A stretch of 64,000 nt of DNA, from assembly GCF_018977255.1 (NCBI RefSeq), contig NW_024704742.1, positions 83,454,001 to 83,518,000 on the forward strand, given 5' to 3'. Positions 13,816 to 24,524 of the stretch are shown in pieces. Both the position numbers and the translations under genes were made by a program. Each line of letters opens with the position of its first letter. Positions within the stretch are counted from its first letter, which is position 1. Below the pieces are notes generated by a model. It saw only the letters and a program-made list of their open reading frames with translations. It was not told the origin of the DNA and ran no database searches. Source of the stretch: Callorhinchus milii (taxonomy: Eukaryota).

Positions 13816-15493
13816 CTAGACATTGCTCATAGCTCATTCCTCCAACACTGGGCAGCCAAATCTTAAGAGGACTGAAAGTACATGAGAGCCAAGAATTTAT
13901 AGATCAAGAAACAAAATTGCATTATTTGTGAAAAGTATAGCAAAACTGATTTGTACATTACTTTATTAATGTAGAACAATACTGCTGAGGATGGAATTTG
14001 CAATATAGAAGACTTATCTGTTTTTTAGTCAAGCAGACTGATTTTTAAAGAATAATTTAGTTGAAGTGCTCCTATATAAAACACAGTGAGCATAACTCAT
14101 TGACCCAAGTGTGCTCTGCTAACTACAGGGAAAGTGAAACATAGAGCATGCATGGATAGCAGCCACTAATCGATCCTTTTATGGGATTACCTTTACCCTC
14201 TGTAAACGACCCTGTTCACTGTTGCTAAATAAAAGGATTCAACAGACAGTCATTGTTCAAAAGCCAGAAGACATTAAAAACTACTTACAAACATAAGTAT
14301 CTAAGTACTGCATAAGGGCAAAAATATCTTAAGATTTTCTATACTTCAGCAGTGATGATGATTTTCATAGGAAGATACTGAGCCAGAACTAGTTAGATCT
14401 AGAAACAACCATTTTGCCCATATTAGATCATGTTCCTTTCAATTCCTCACATATTTCAAGAATAAGGAGTGATACTGAAGAATAGACATACTGAGTGTAA
14501 AGATCTTAGGATGAAACCGATAGTAGGTGATTTTACAACTTGCAGCATGTAAAGTTTCAAAATTCAGATATTGTGAGAAAGATATGCAAAGATATGCATG
14601 TGATGTTGGTTTTACTCTACATCGCTAATGATTGAATTGTCCGGTCAGACTTTTGAAGCATCAATCACCATGGTATATTTTCAGCCTTGATTCAAGCAAA
14701 TTTTTCATAGCAAGCACTATGTATGCTTGTTGGAAAAAGTGATACCCCCAGTAAACTGAAGAATCTGTGAAATACTAACATCTTTTTGGGGGTCAGTTTT
14801 CTTCCCCCCGCATCCTTCTATTAAAGGCACAACTCGTGCTGGGATATGGTTCCACAGGTGCCAATCATCCTTTAGTACATTGTCCAAATGTGTTGTCAAG
14901 ACAAGAGTATCAGTAGGCTATTTAACTGTCAACACAGCACAAACAAATAATAATCCCTCNAAAAAAAGTGGTCACTGAATCCACAGTTGTTTGTGGAAGA
15001 CTGCTGTCAATCCAGTCAATCCACTTTACAATATACCCTATGAAGTGCTTTGAGGCATCTCAACAACGTGGTATTATTATTGTTACCATCAATCAAACTA
15101 GTCCTGTTCTTACCCAATGTCTACAGGTATTCATTTTTTCAGCGGGAGTTACTGAATAGCAAGCAGTTGAAATTTTCTCTACATTTATCCTATCCTTAGG
15201 CCAGCGGGGTACTGAAGTTGTTTGATACGCTAACTTTTGCTAATATTTGCTAAATCAGTACAGACCAGGATTCAAACTTGGAATCTTCTGGTCTGTATGG
15301 CTTTATGTGGCACTAGCCTGTGAGTGAGTTTCTTTTTTAAATTAGGTATAATAATTCCAAGCCACACTGTTATTTTAAATAACACCTGTTAAATGCCTGT
15401 TAAACAAATCACTGCTCACACACACTGGGGAAAATAAAGGTGCACATCAATTTACTGCTAGCATTTCAACTTATTTTTAAAAAATATTATTAC

Positions 15494-15858
15494 ACTTGGT
15501 ATTTCTCCAGGCTCCAAGCCATTTTCTCCACTCTCAGCTTCACTGGTTTCCTCCTCCGTCGAGACACCACCAATTTCACACTGTTTCCAGCAGGTCTGTT
15601 GAGTTTCTGTAGCAATGCTCTGATACAATTTGCCCTCGTGATCCAAGTCCTCTTCTTTGCATTTCTCTAGATCACTAGCTGTGTTACTCTCCACTCCGAT
15701 TGTAATGTTGGCCTTTGTACATTCTGAAGAGTTGGTGCCTGCATTAACCTTGTCCACAGGTGATGACGTAAAACAGGCATCTTCTTTCCTCTTTTCATCA
15801 GCTTTACTTTTGCATTTTGCATTGGCAAGATGGGAAAACGTTTCTGTACTATTATATT
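15494..15858 (-). CDS. KDM4C: KDM4C coding exon (365 nt, phase 1 to 0): linker (E)YNSTETFSH...[26 protein letters not shown]
   Basis: Acceptor tttttcgttccacag|AA and donor AGT|gtaata. The C-terminal [21 protein letters not shown] resembles mammalian KDM4C [21 protein letters not shown] as recalled. Confidence 0.87.
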
Positions 15859-16849
15859 CTGTGGAACGAAAAAACACAAGCTTAAATTTACTTGCTACAT
15901 GAAGCAAAGTCAGATGCTATTTCAAATGCAAGGATTATTATTATTATTACTTTGGTGTGCCCAAATTGGCTACTGCATTCACCTACAAAATAGACACAAT
16001 ATTTAACCGTAAATCTCGCAAAGAACTTTGAGACATCCTCCTAAAGTGAAAAACGTTATATCAAATGCAAGTTTGATTAAGCATAATATTAGTTTCTGAA
16101 AAAAGACAGCACATGTTTTGAGTACAGTAATTTCAAATAACATTGTGAGGTATTTCTATGAAACAAAACAGAAATTTATAGCACAGCACAGAGGCCGTAC
16201 AGCCCATCATGTCAATGTAGCCATATGGATGGGTCTTGAATAAATAATGACTGTCAAATAATAATGAATGAATTGATGAGTCACAATATTATGAACAACT
16301 ATCACATAGGGAGCTTACAATAAACCACAATCTACATACAATAAATATGATAAACTACTTAATTATGGCATGTAATAGCAATAGTCATTATAGCTGGCTG
16401 GCTAGCACTATGTTGGAAAAATACTAAATAATAATAAATAAATTTGGTACAGTGATTTTCACTTTGGGAGGACATCCCGAAGCACTTCACAGGATATACT
16501 GTTAGGTTTAAGTGCAGTGAATGTGTGTCTTGTAGGCAAACGAGGTAACCACAGCAATGTCCCACAAACAACCATGAAGTGAGTGACTAATTTTATTTGG
16601 AGAATTGTTTGCCATGATACTGGGAGAAACTGTAAATTTTCATATATAATTATTGATTACTGGACAATGGACACAAATACCCAACAGCACTGAGATGTGA
16701 ATCTATGACCACAATGATGAGACATTAAATCAAGGTCTGGTTTGCCTGATCAGATGGAAGTTAAAGATCCACCTGCACTATTTGAAAAGAGAAGGGAGTT
16801 TCTCTCAATGTCCTTCCTGTCCAACAATCCCCCAAATAAAATGGGTCAT

Positions 16850-18258
16850 ACAACAACAAAATTACATTTGTAAAGAGCCTTTCATGTCGGGTGAACGCCC
16901 AAGGCTCTGAACAATCCATGATCAGGACCCGAACGTGGGGGTGCAGCGTTGGGCAGAGAGGTAGGAGGGCGATTGAAGGCACAGTCGAAAAGAAAGATCT
17001 TGAATCGTGTCTTGAAGGAGGCAAGGGAGGGAGCGAGGGGAAGGGATTGTGGAATGGAGTTCCAGAGTGTGGGGGCAGAGAGGATGAAAGCCCAGCTGCC
17101 GATGGTAGGACGGGTCGGGCGGGAGACCTGGAGCAGACTGGAGCCTGCTGAACGGAGAGAGCAGATAAGTTGAGAGGTAGGAGGGGGCAAGGCCATGGAG
17201 GGCCTTGAAAGTGAGGACGAGGATTTTGAATTCTATCCTCTGAGGGATGGGGAGCCAGTGGAGCCGGGTGAGAGTGGGGGTGATGGGGTCACGGAACCTG
17301 GTGCAGGAGAGGACACGACCTGCAGAGTTCTGGATTATCTACAGCTTGTGGAGGGAAGAGTTGGAGAGGCCGACAAGGAGGGAGTTTCCGTAGTCGAGCC
17401 TTGAGATGACAAATGTGTGCATGAGGGTTTCGGGGGCCTGAGGGCTGAGGCAGTAGCAGAGTCAGGCAATTTTGTAGAGGTGGGGTAAGGCAGAGCGGGT
17501 CATAGCACAGATGTGGGGAAGAAAGGACAGTAAAGGGTTGAATAAGACCCCTAGGTTCCTGACTGGCTTGGTGAGATGGAGTGTGCAATCGTGGATACTG
17601 ATGCTGTCAGTGCCTGAGATGCGGAGGCTCTGATGTGAGCCAATCAGGAGAGCCTCGGCCTTGCTGACATTCAGCTGTAGAAAGTTGGTTCTCATCCAGG
17701 ACTTGATGTGGTCCAGGCCAGATCAGCTGATGGCCCGTTAGATCAGATTTGAGCCAGGTATGTTTGGTGGCCCGCACCTGACCCTTGAGGGAGCGGAGGT
17801 GGCTGGCGTAAAAGGGTGAGGTTAGTGAATAGGAGGCGGTTAGGGAGGTGAGTGGGGCAAGGGCATCAAGAGTGGTGGAGAGGGAGTTGTGGAGGAGGGT
17901 GAGTGAGGAGGATAAATCAGTGCGAGAGGTATGCCAGAATGGGAGAAGTTCAAATCACTCCAAGGCAGAGGAGAGGGATTGCAGGGAGACTTTTTTCCAG
18001 GGGCAGTGGGAGATGCAAGTGGATTTGGTGGCGGTGAGGAGCGGGATTGAGGAGTTAGTGGCGATGAATTGGTGGTCGAAGATGGCTTTGACTGTGATTG
18101 TGATATTTGAGACACTGAGGACCCAGGTAATCAATAGGTCGAGTGGGTGGCCATGAACGTGGGTGGGGGAGTGGATGTGGAGGCAGAGGTTGTGAGAGGA
18201 GGGGAGATAGGAGAAGCCCAAGGAGATAGAGCAGGAGGGGGTGAAGTGAGAGGGTATG
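16850..18258 (-). mobile_element. Internally deleted L2 LINE: endonuclease-end/linker fused to RT C-terminus and 3' tail
   Basis: 17955-18221 encodes PTHVHGHPLDLLITW...FDHQFI (APE endonuclease C-terminus). After a junction near 17710 comes WMRTNFLQLNVSKAE. The YADD core is missing. Confidence 0.85.
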
Positions 18259-18309
18259 AAACAACATACACGTACCTCAAGCTTGTTTGTGGTATATTGC
18301 TGTACACAA

Positions 18310-18965
18310 ATAATAATCCTTGCATTTGATATAGCTCCTTATCACGTCTTTGAGACGCCTCAAAGCGCTTCACAGATTATACAGATTTGTGGAGTCCTGT
18401 AGCTCAGTGGTTAGTGCACTCGCTTTGCAAGTGAGAGACCTGAGTTCAATTCCAGGCAGAGCGAAACCTTGGGCAAGTTTCCTTACTCCACACAGAGCCT
18501 AATAATAATCCCTCCAAAACCAAAAACAATAATAAATTGGTCATTTTCAATCTACAACTGTTTGTGGGACATTGCTGTGCGCAATTGGCTGCCGCATTCG
18601 CCCACAAATATACAGTCAATTCACTTTACAGTGTGTTCTGTGAAGCGCTTTGGGACGTCCTCCCGACGTGAAAAGCGCTATATCAAATGCAAGGATTATT
18701 ATTATTATTATTATTTATTATAGTGTAAATTGAATTGACTATATTTTGTGGCCGAAATGTGGCAGTCAATTGCGCACAGCAGTGTCCCACAAACAGTCGT
18801 GGATTGAGTGACCAAATTATTATTTATTTATTGAAGGGATTATTATCCCGGAAAAGAGATCCACCAATCGACTAACAACCAGGTTCCTACTTATAGGTAA
18901 ACAGAAGCACGTGGAGTAAGAAAACTTGCCTACCTTTTTGTCCTGCCCGGGAATCGAAGTCAGAT
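18310..18965 (-). mobile_element. Long-type tRNA/DeuSINE interrupted by a younger SINE
   Basis: Tail at 18310-18385; body and head resume at about 18722-18965. Confidence 0.82.
18390..18721 (+). mobile_element. Young short-type tRNA(Ala-like)/DeuSINE, full length
   Basis: A box TAGCTCAGTGG, B box GAGTTCAATTCC, Deu 3' core, L2-like tail, (ATT)n. Nearly identical to 30001-30334. Confidence 0.92.
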
Positions 18966-19282
18966 TAATCTGCACATTCACTACACTTTACAGTATATGC
19001 TGTGAAATACTTTGTGATGCTCTGCCAATGTGAATGGCACTATATCAAATGCAAAGATTGTTAGTATTTGATTTTGACTATGTCAGAGAAAACTCAGGGA
19101 TTAGTTTTTAGACCTCTTTGTTCTATCAATAATCTGAATGCAGGAGTTGAATAATTTACAAATTTGTGAATGATACTAAATTAAGAGGTGTTAATAATGA
19201 CGAAGAGTGCAGGAAACTTGACAGGTTAGCGATGGAGGCAGATTTGTGGAAAAAGTAACTGATAGCTAAGTGTACATCTCAC

Positions 19283-19515
19283 CTGGTGACTGTACTTTAT
19301 CCACCTGAATGTTTTTAATACTTTCTTCTCCAGTGGTCATGACTTCTGTGTTGCTAAACTCTTCTTCCAGTCCTTCCCTGCTGGGCTCTTCTTTGACATT
19401 GATACCATCTGTAAATATTTTGGCTGCTGTTGTTTCTGTAGCAACGGGTTCACTGTATGACCTTTCATCCTCCAGAGTTTTCAGTTTCTTTGAACGAGAT
19501 TTGAACTGATGGAGG
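19283..19515 (-). CDS. KDM4C: KDM4C coding exon (233 nt, phase 2 to 1): acidic linker (S)LHQFKSRSKKLKTLEDERSYSEP...VQSP
   Basis: Acceptor ctttctgcag|C and donor CCAG|gtgaga. The frame is open and phases match both neighbouring exons. Confidence 0.85.
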
Positions 19516-20709
19516 CTGCAGAAAGTACGACTGTCAGATTGGAACAAATTTAGATAAGATTCTCAAGAAACTTTTCCCAACCAGCTGATCCTGATTAAGG
19601 AAGCGCATCTATTTCTAAAGACTGGCTTCACAACAGGAGAACAAAGCATCATACAGCATTTATGTTTAAGAAATATTTTTCAGTCAAGGTTTTCCCTTAC
19701 TGGTCAGTAGTAAATGTAATAAAACTCGCGTTAAGTCTTATCTTATGAACTGTATAAATGCCTAAGTCATACATTTACCTGAGTTCCATTCAGTTTCCCG
19801 ATTTTCCTGAATCGAAATTTAGATTTCTTTACAGTACTCGTATTAAACAGCTCCTAATTCATAACGCAGTTCCCTTACCCTCCATTATTCCAGCTCTTAC
19901 CGGAGGCCTTGAATCGCGTGAAATGAGGTCCTGACCCATCGACACATGAGCACTTACCAGCCGACTGTATTGAATCACAGGAAAAGTTTTCATCCATCAA
20001 CACATGCTCAGATGAACTTAATTTCCCGCCATTCAATGCAATTCCAACGTCTGCCGGTAAGTGCACATGCGGTGACGGGTGAAGACACATTGAATCGCAG
20101 GAAATGTAGTCTTGATCTGTCACTGAATCACCCTTACCGGCTGCAATGAAGAATTTACCCCATGGGCACTTACCGTCTGCATTAAATTACACATGTGTAG
20201 TGTAGATTATTGATTAAATTAGATTTTCTACAGCTTCTACAGTTTGCCTGCAACTCGGACTTCACGTACATCATATTAAATGTTGCGGTCCCAACTGATA
20301 TGACTTATGTGAGTTTTATGTATTTCCATAATCTGAATTGCTTATTATTTACTTTTAGATCAGCATCCTTTTCTATTTGAGCCATTAATTTAAGTGCTCG
20401 CTATCTTGAGATTTAAGCGAGCATCAATGGACCATTTACCCGCCTGCCCCTCCTGCCAATATTTAAAGTGGAGTCTCATCTCGGTATCCTGACTTACATT
20501 CCCTCCTAAACCAAATTCATCCCCCCAAAAATAAGTTAATTCAGGAAATGCATCACAAGATCAATATACCCATATTCAGTATGCCCTACCCACATCTCCA
20601 CAAATGTTTGGGTTAAACTTGTGACACAAGCCTAAGACCCATCAAATCAACTCATTTGCGATTGCTTAAATAGCATAAGGATCTGAAACTGCAGCTACTA
20701 TTTAGTTAC

Positions 20710-20915
20710 CTTCTTAAAGCCATTCCTGACTTCTTCTGTATCACTTTTCTTTTTTTCTGCCAAGCTTCAAACTCGGGAGTTGATTCAGGAGTTGGTTTTG
20801 TATGATCGATAGTTTGAACATCCTTTCCTCGTTTCCAAAGTTCATATCTGCTTGGTTGAAATTTTTGCACGAATACATCCATAGATATCTTGACCATGTC
20901 TTTCCTACAGGTGCA
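20710..20915 (-). CDS. KDM4C: KDM4C coding exon (206 nt, phase 0 to 2): end of JmjC catalytic core, [68 protein letters not shown]
   Basis: Acceptor ttctcag|TGC and donor AAG|gtaact. The peptide closely matches the KDM4 C-x-C zinc-ligand segment. The [13 protein letters not shown] motif is KDM4C-like as I recall it. Confidence 0.93.
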
Positions 20916-21092
20916 CTGAGAAGATAGTATATATATATATTATAATCTAAGTAAGAAAGATATTTAAAATAAATTGTACGGAACAGATCTTTGTGTGTCA
21001 CTTCACAAACATATTTATATCTACTACCAAACTCTGTTCCAACACAAACAATGTATCGCTCCCCAACACTGCACTGCAGTTATTAGAATAAG

Positions 21093-21445
21093 GATAATAA
21101 TAATCCTTGTGTTTGATATAGCGCCTTATCACGTCGTTGAGACGTCTCAAAGCGCTTCACAGAATACACTGTAAAGTGAATTGACTGTACTTTTTGTACG
21201 CGGCAGCCAATTGTCCCACAAATACTCATGGATCAAGTGACCAAATTATAATTTTGTTGTTGTTGGAGTGATTATCCCTGGAAATTAATCGATCTGCCAA
21301 TTGACAAATAGTTGGATTCCTACTGAATGCTAGGTAAACAGAGGTGCGTGTGTGGAGTAAGGAAACTAGCCTTAGCCAAAAGATTTTGCCCCGACACACC
21401 CAGGAATCAAACCCGAGTCCTCTCATTTGTGTGGCTTTCAAGGCA
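21093..21445 (-). mobile_element. Long-type tRNA/DeuSINE
   Basis: Reverse complement contains head, CTCTGTTTACCTAGCA internal block, Deu core and tail. Confidence 0.82.
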
Positions 21446-21721
21446 GTAATTCATGGTGGGGGGGGGAAAGAAAAGAGAGAAGGAATTTTTGGGGGCTTGC
21501 AAGCCACAAGAAGACTTTGCCTCTGCCTCTCTCTTCCAGTGGTCTTTTGAATGAACAACAACAACAACTTGGATTTATATAGCGCCCTCCACGCCGGACG
21601 GCATCTCAGAGCGCTTAAAACAGTGGCAACAAAAGGGGGAGACAGGCTCAGATGGCAAACACTAGTCCATTCCCGAGCAGGAACAGCAGAGACAGACATC
21701 ATTATCCCTGGAATAATAACC

Positions 21722-22705
21722 GCCCCCAGTCCTCTCCTCTTCAACCTGTACATGCTCCCTCTTGGCGACATCACCCACAGACATGGGGTCAATTTCCACT
21801 TGTATGCAATGACACCCAACTCTATCTCTGCCTCCACCCTCAACCCCAGGACCACTGCTGTCCTGATAGATTGTCTGTCAGACATCAAGTCCTAGATGAG
21901 AGCTAACTTTCTACAGTGAACACCAGCAAGACCGAGGCTTTCCTGATTGGCTCGCGCCAGAGCCTCCGCACCGCAGGCACTGGCAGTATCAGCATTCACG
22001 GATACAAACTCCACCTCACCAAACCAGTCAGGAATCTTGGCGTCTTGTTCGACCCTCAACTATTCTTTCTACCCCACATGCCATGACCCGCTCTATCGTC
22101 CCCCACCTCCCCCGACTCCGCCACTGCCTCACCCCTCAGGCCGCTGAAACCCTCATACATGCCTTCATTACAACCAGGCTCGACTAAGCCAACATCCTGC
22201 TTATCGGCCTTCCCAACTCTTCCCTCCACAAGCTACAGATCATCAAGAACTCTGCAGCTCATGTTCTCTCTTGCACCAGGCTCTGTGACCCCATCACCCC
22301 CACCCTCACCCAGCTCCACTGGCTCCCCATCGCTCAGAAGATCGAGTTCAAAATTCTCATCCTCACCTTCAAGGCCTTCCACGGCCTTACTGCCTTCTAC
22401 CTCTCCAAACTGCTAACCCCTTATCAACCCATCCGCTCCCTTCACTCAGCTAGCTCCAGCCTGCTCCATGTCTCCCGCCCGGCCCGCCCCACCATCAGCA
22501 GTCGGGCCTTCAGCCTCTCTGCCCCCACCCTCTGGAACTCCATCTCACAATCCCTTCGCCTCGCTCCTTCCCTTACCTCTTTCAAGGCACGCCTCAAGGC
22601 CCACCTTTTCAACTATGCTTTCGGCCAGCCTCCTACCCTCTCTGCCATCCGCCCTCCCTGATCCTGACGTGAAAGGCGCTTTACAAATGTAATTTTGTGT
22701 ATTGT
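21722..22705 (+). mobile_element. 5'-truncated L2 LINE
   Basis: [27 protein letters not shown](DD frameshifted)..., LHWLP region and tail GACGTGAAAGGCGCTTTACAAATGTAATTTTG. Confidence 0.92.
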
Positions 22706-23717
22706 ATCAACGGAGACTGATAAACAGGAAAATCATATTGCCAAAATGATGTGTAAATTCTATATCATGCAATACAGTATTGAAGCATTGGGCAGGAGTG
22801 GGAGAAGAACAACATAGAAGTTACTTGAACCTTACAACCATAAGGTATGAGGAGAGAACTTACACAGATGAAATTATTCTCATTAGAAAAAAAATGGAAG
22901 AGGGCATGAGCCAGATCTTAAATAACGAGAGGAATTGATTATTCAGATGTTAGCAGACAATGAGAGCAGAACTATAAAAAGAAAAAAAGATTGTAAAGAT
23001 AAGAACTCCAAACAAAAGCGGTTGATTAACATCTTCAAAAATAACTTGGAACAGTATTTGGAATAAAGAGTACATGCAGATTGTAGTTCCTTTTGTTTTT
23101 TTTGAAAACCAAGTGTATGTCAGAAATAGTATCTAACGATGTGAACTCTCATCATAACAAAGCAGAAAAGTAATTATAAATAACATTAGAGTGAACTCAA
23201 TCAAATTTCCATACAAAAATACTAATCTAACCATCCCTTTACAGTAAAGGAATTAAGATTAATGTGTTTCTCTCACAGCAATAAGGAAATGGATCTTAAA
23301 TTTTATTAAATTGATAAGAACACTTTGCATATTAAAGTTGCAGTTGGCTATTCTAGAATTGCACTGTTACACTTTTCCCATTCAGGCTGTTGAATTATCT
23401 TACTTTGCAAGTTAAAAATCAATAATATTAGGCAATTATGTCACTGTAGTTTCTCTCTGATAAAAGGTTCTAAAGATATTTATGGATTATATAACGGAAT
23501 TACCTTCAGTTATTACAGCAGTTGTTACAGAAAAATGACACGCTTTTACTCATTTAAACAAAAATTCTTAAGCTCAGTACATGCCGCCACTAAACAATGA
23601 CAAACAGCTGCTTAATGAACAGTTTAAGAGGATTACTCCTTTTTCCGTTGAATATGGAGCCCCAAGATATGGGGAGGGAGAGGAAGGAGAAACAGAGAGA
23701 GAAAGAGAGACAGAGTC

Positions 23718-23751
23718 CAACAAATCAGCTATTGCAATAGCTGATTTGTTG
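23718..23751. repeat. Perfect 34-bp palindrome CAACAAATCAGCTATTG|CAATAGCTGATTTGTTG
   Basis: The two 17-nt arms are exact reverse complements with no spacer. Confidence 0.95.
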
Positions 23752-23921
23752 AAGGAAAAGAATAAATTCCACAAACGAATGGTAAGCACTGATGATTAAT
23801 CACATGGAACTTGTTAAATGGATTTCTGGTGTGGAGCTTTTCTAAAGTTTGATATTATGTATCTTTTTGGCACATGGAAATAGCAAAAGAAAATTACATC
23901 CAGAAGTAGTTCTTGTAAAAC

Positions 23922-24524
23922 TGTAAGATTATATTTGTAATGTTTGTTAAGGCTTTTCATTAATCTTTATATACGTTTAGAATGTAATCTATCCATAATC
24001 CTTTAATGAGGTTTGTTTGATTTAATAACTAGCTTAGCAGGGGTTAAAGTTAGCTTTGCTGGATGGGTTGAGGTCAGCTTCTGATTACATTCCATATTTT
24101 CCTGGGAAGATGTTCACTTTTCTGAGGTAATGAGCAATCGGGTCCTTGAGCATAGATGTAAGAGCAATGGACCACAGAAAGGAAAGGCTGCAGCCTCAGA
24201 CACCTGCCTACATCGAGGCTGAGAAACAAGCAGACTTGGGAAGCTGCCCAGAAGTTGGCCATCTCTCTCTCTCTGCAAAGCAGCCCTTTGCTTGGGAGCT
24301 ATCTCTGTGACGAGGAGAGATGGACTTAGAAGCACATAAAAGAAAGATTAACTTAGAAATAGTTGGAGTTGTGTAGAGGGTCAGTGCACTTCCCAGTGGA
24401 ATCGATATCGATTCTAGTCCATCTATGGTCTCAGTTTTAAGAATAAGTTAAGCTATTTGTATTACTTAATAAACCTTGGATTATTACACCACGATATTGG
24501 TCATCTTCATCCAAATCTCTTACA
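23922..24524 (+). mobile_element. Solo LTR (603 bp), probably Gypsy/Ty3 or class I ERV
   Basis: Termini TGTAAGA...TCTTACA (perfect 7-bp inverted ends). 4-bp TSD AAAC at 23918-23921 and 24525-24528. AATAAA at 24468-24473. Confidence 0.85.

Noticed and set aside
14350..14385. C/D-box snoRNA-like GTGATGA...CTGA
   Set aside because: The boxes are too close together, there is no terminal stem, and it is antisense to the host transcript.
14960..14960. Single N bases at 14960 and 33208
   Set aside because: Assembly ambiguities next to A-runs in SINE remnants; not biological.
19875..20123. 82-aa minus-strand ORF ending at a GG|gtaagg donor, as a possible cassette exon
   Set aside because: The nearby upstream acceptors I found are phase 1 while the intron is phase 2. 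The sequence is internally repetitive and palindromic with no KDM4 similarity.
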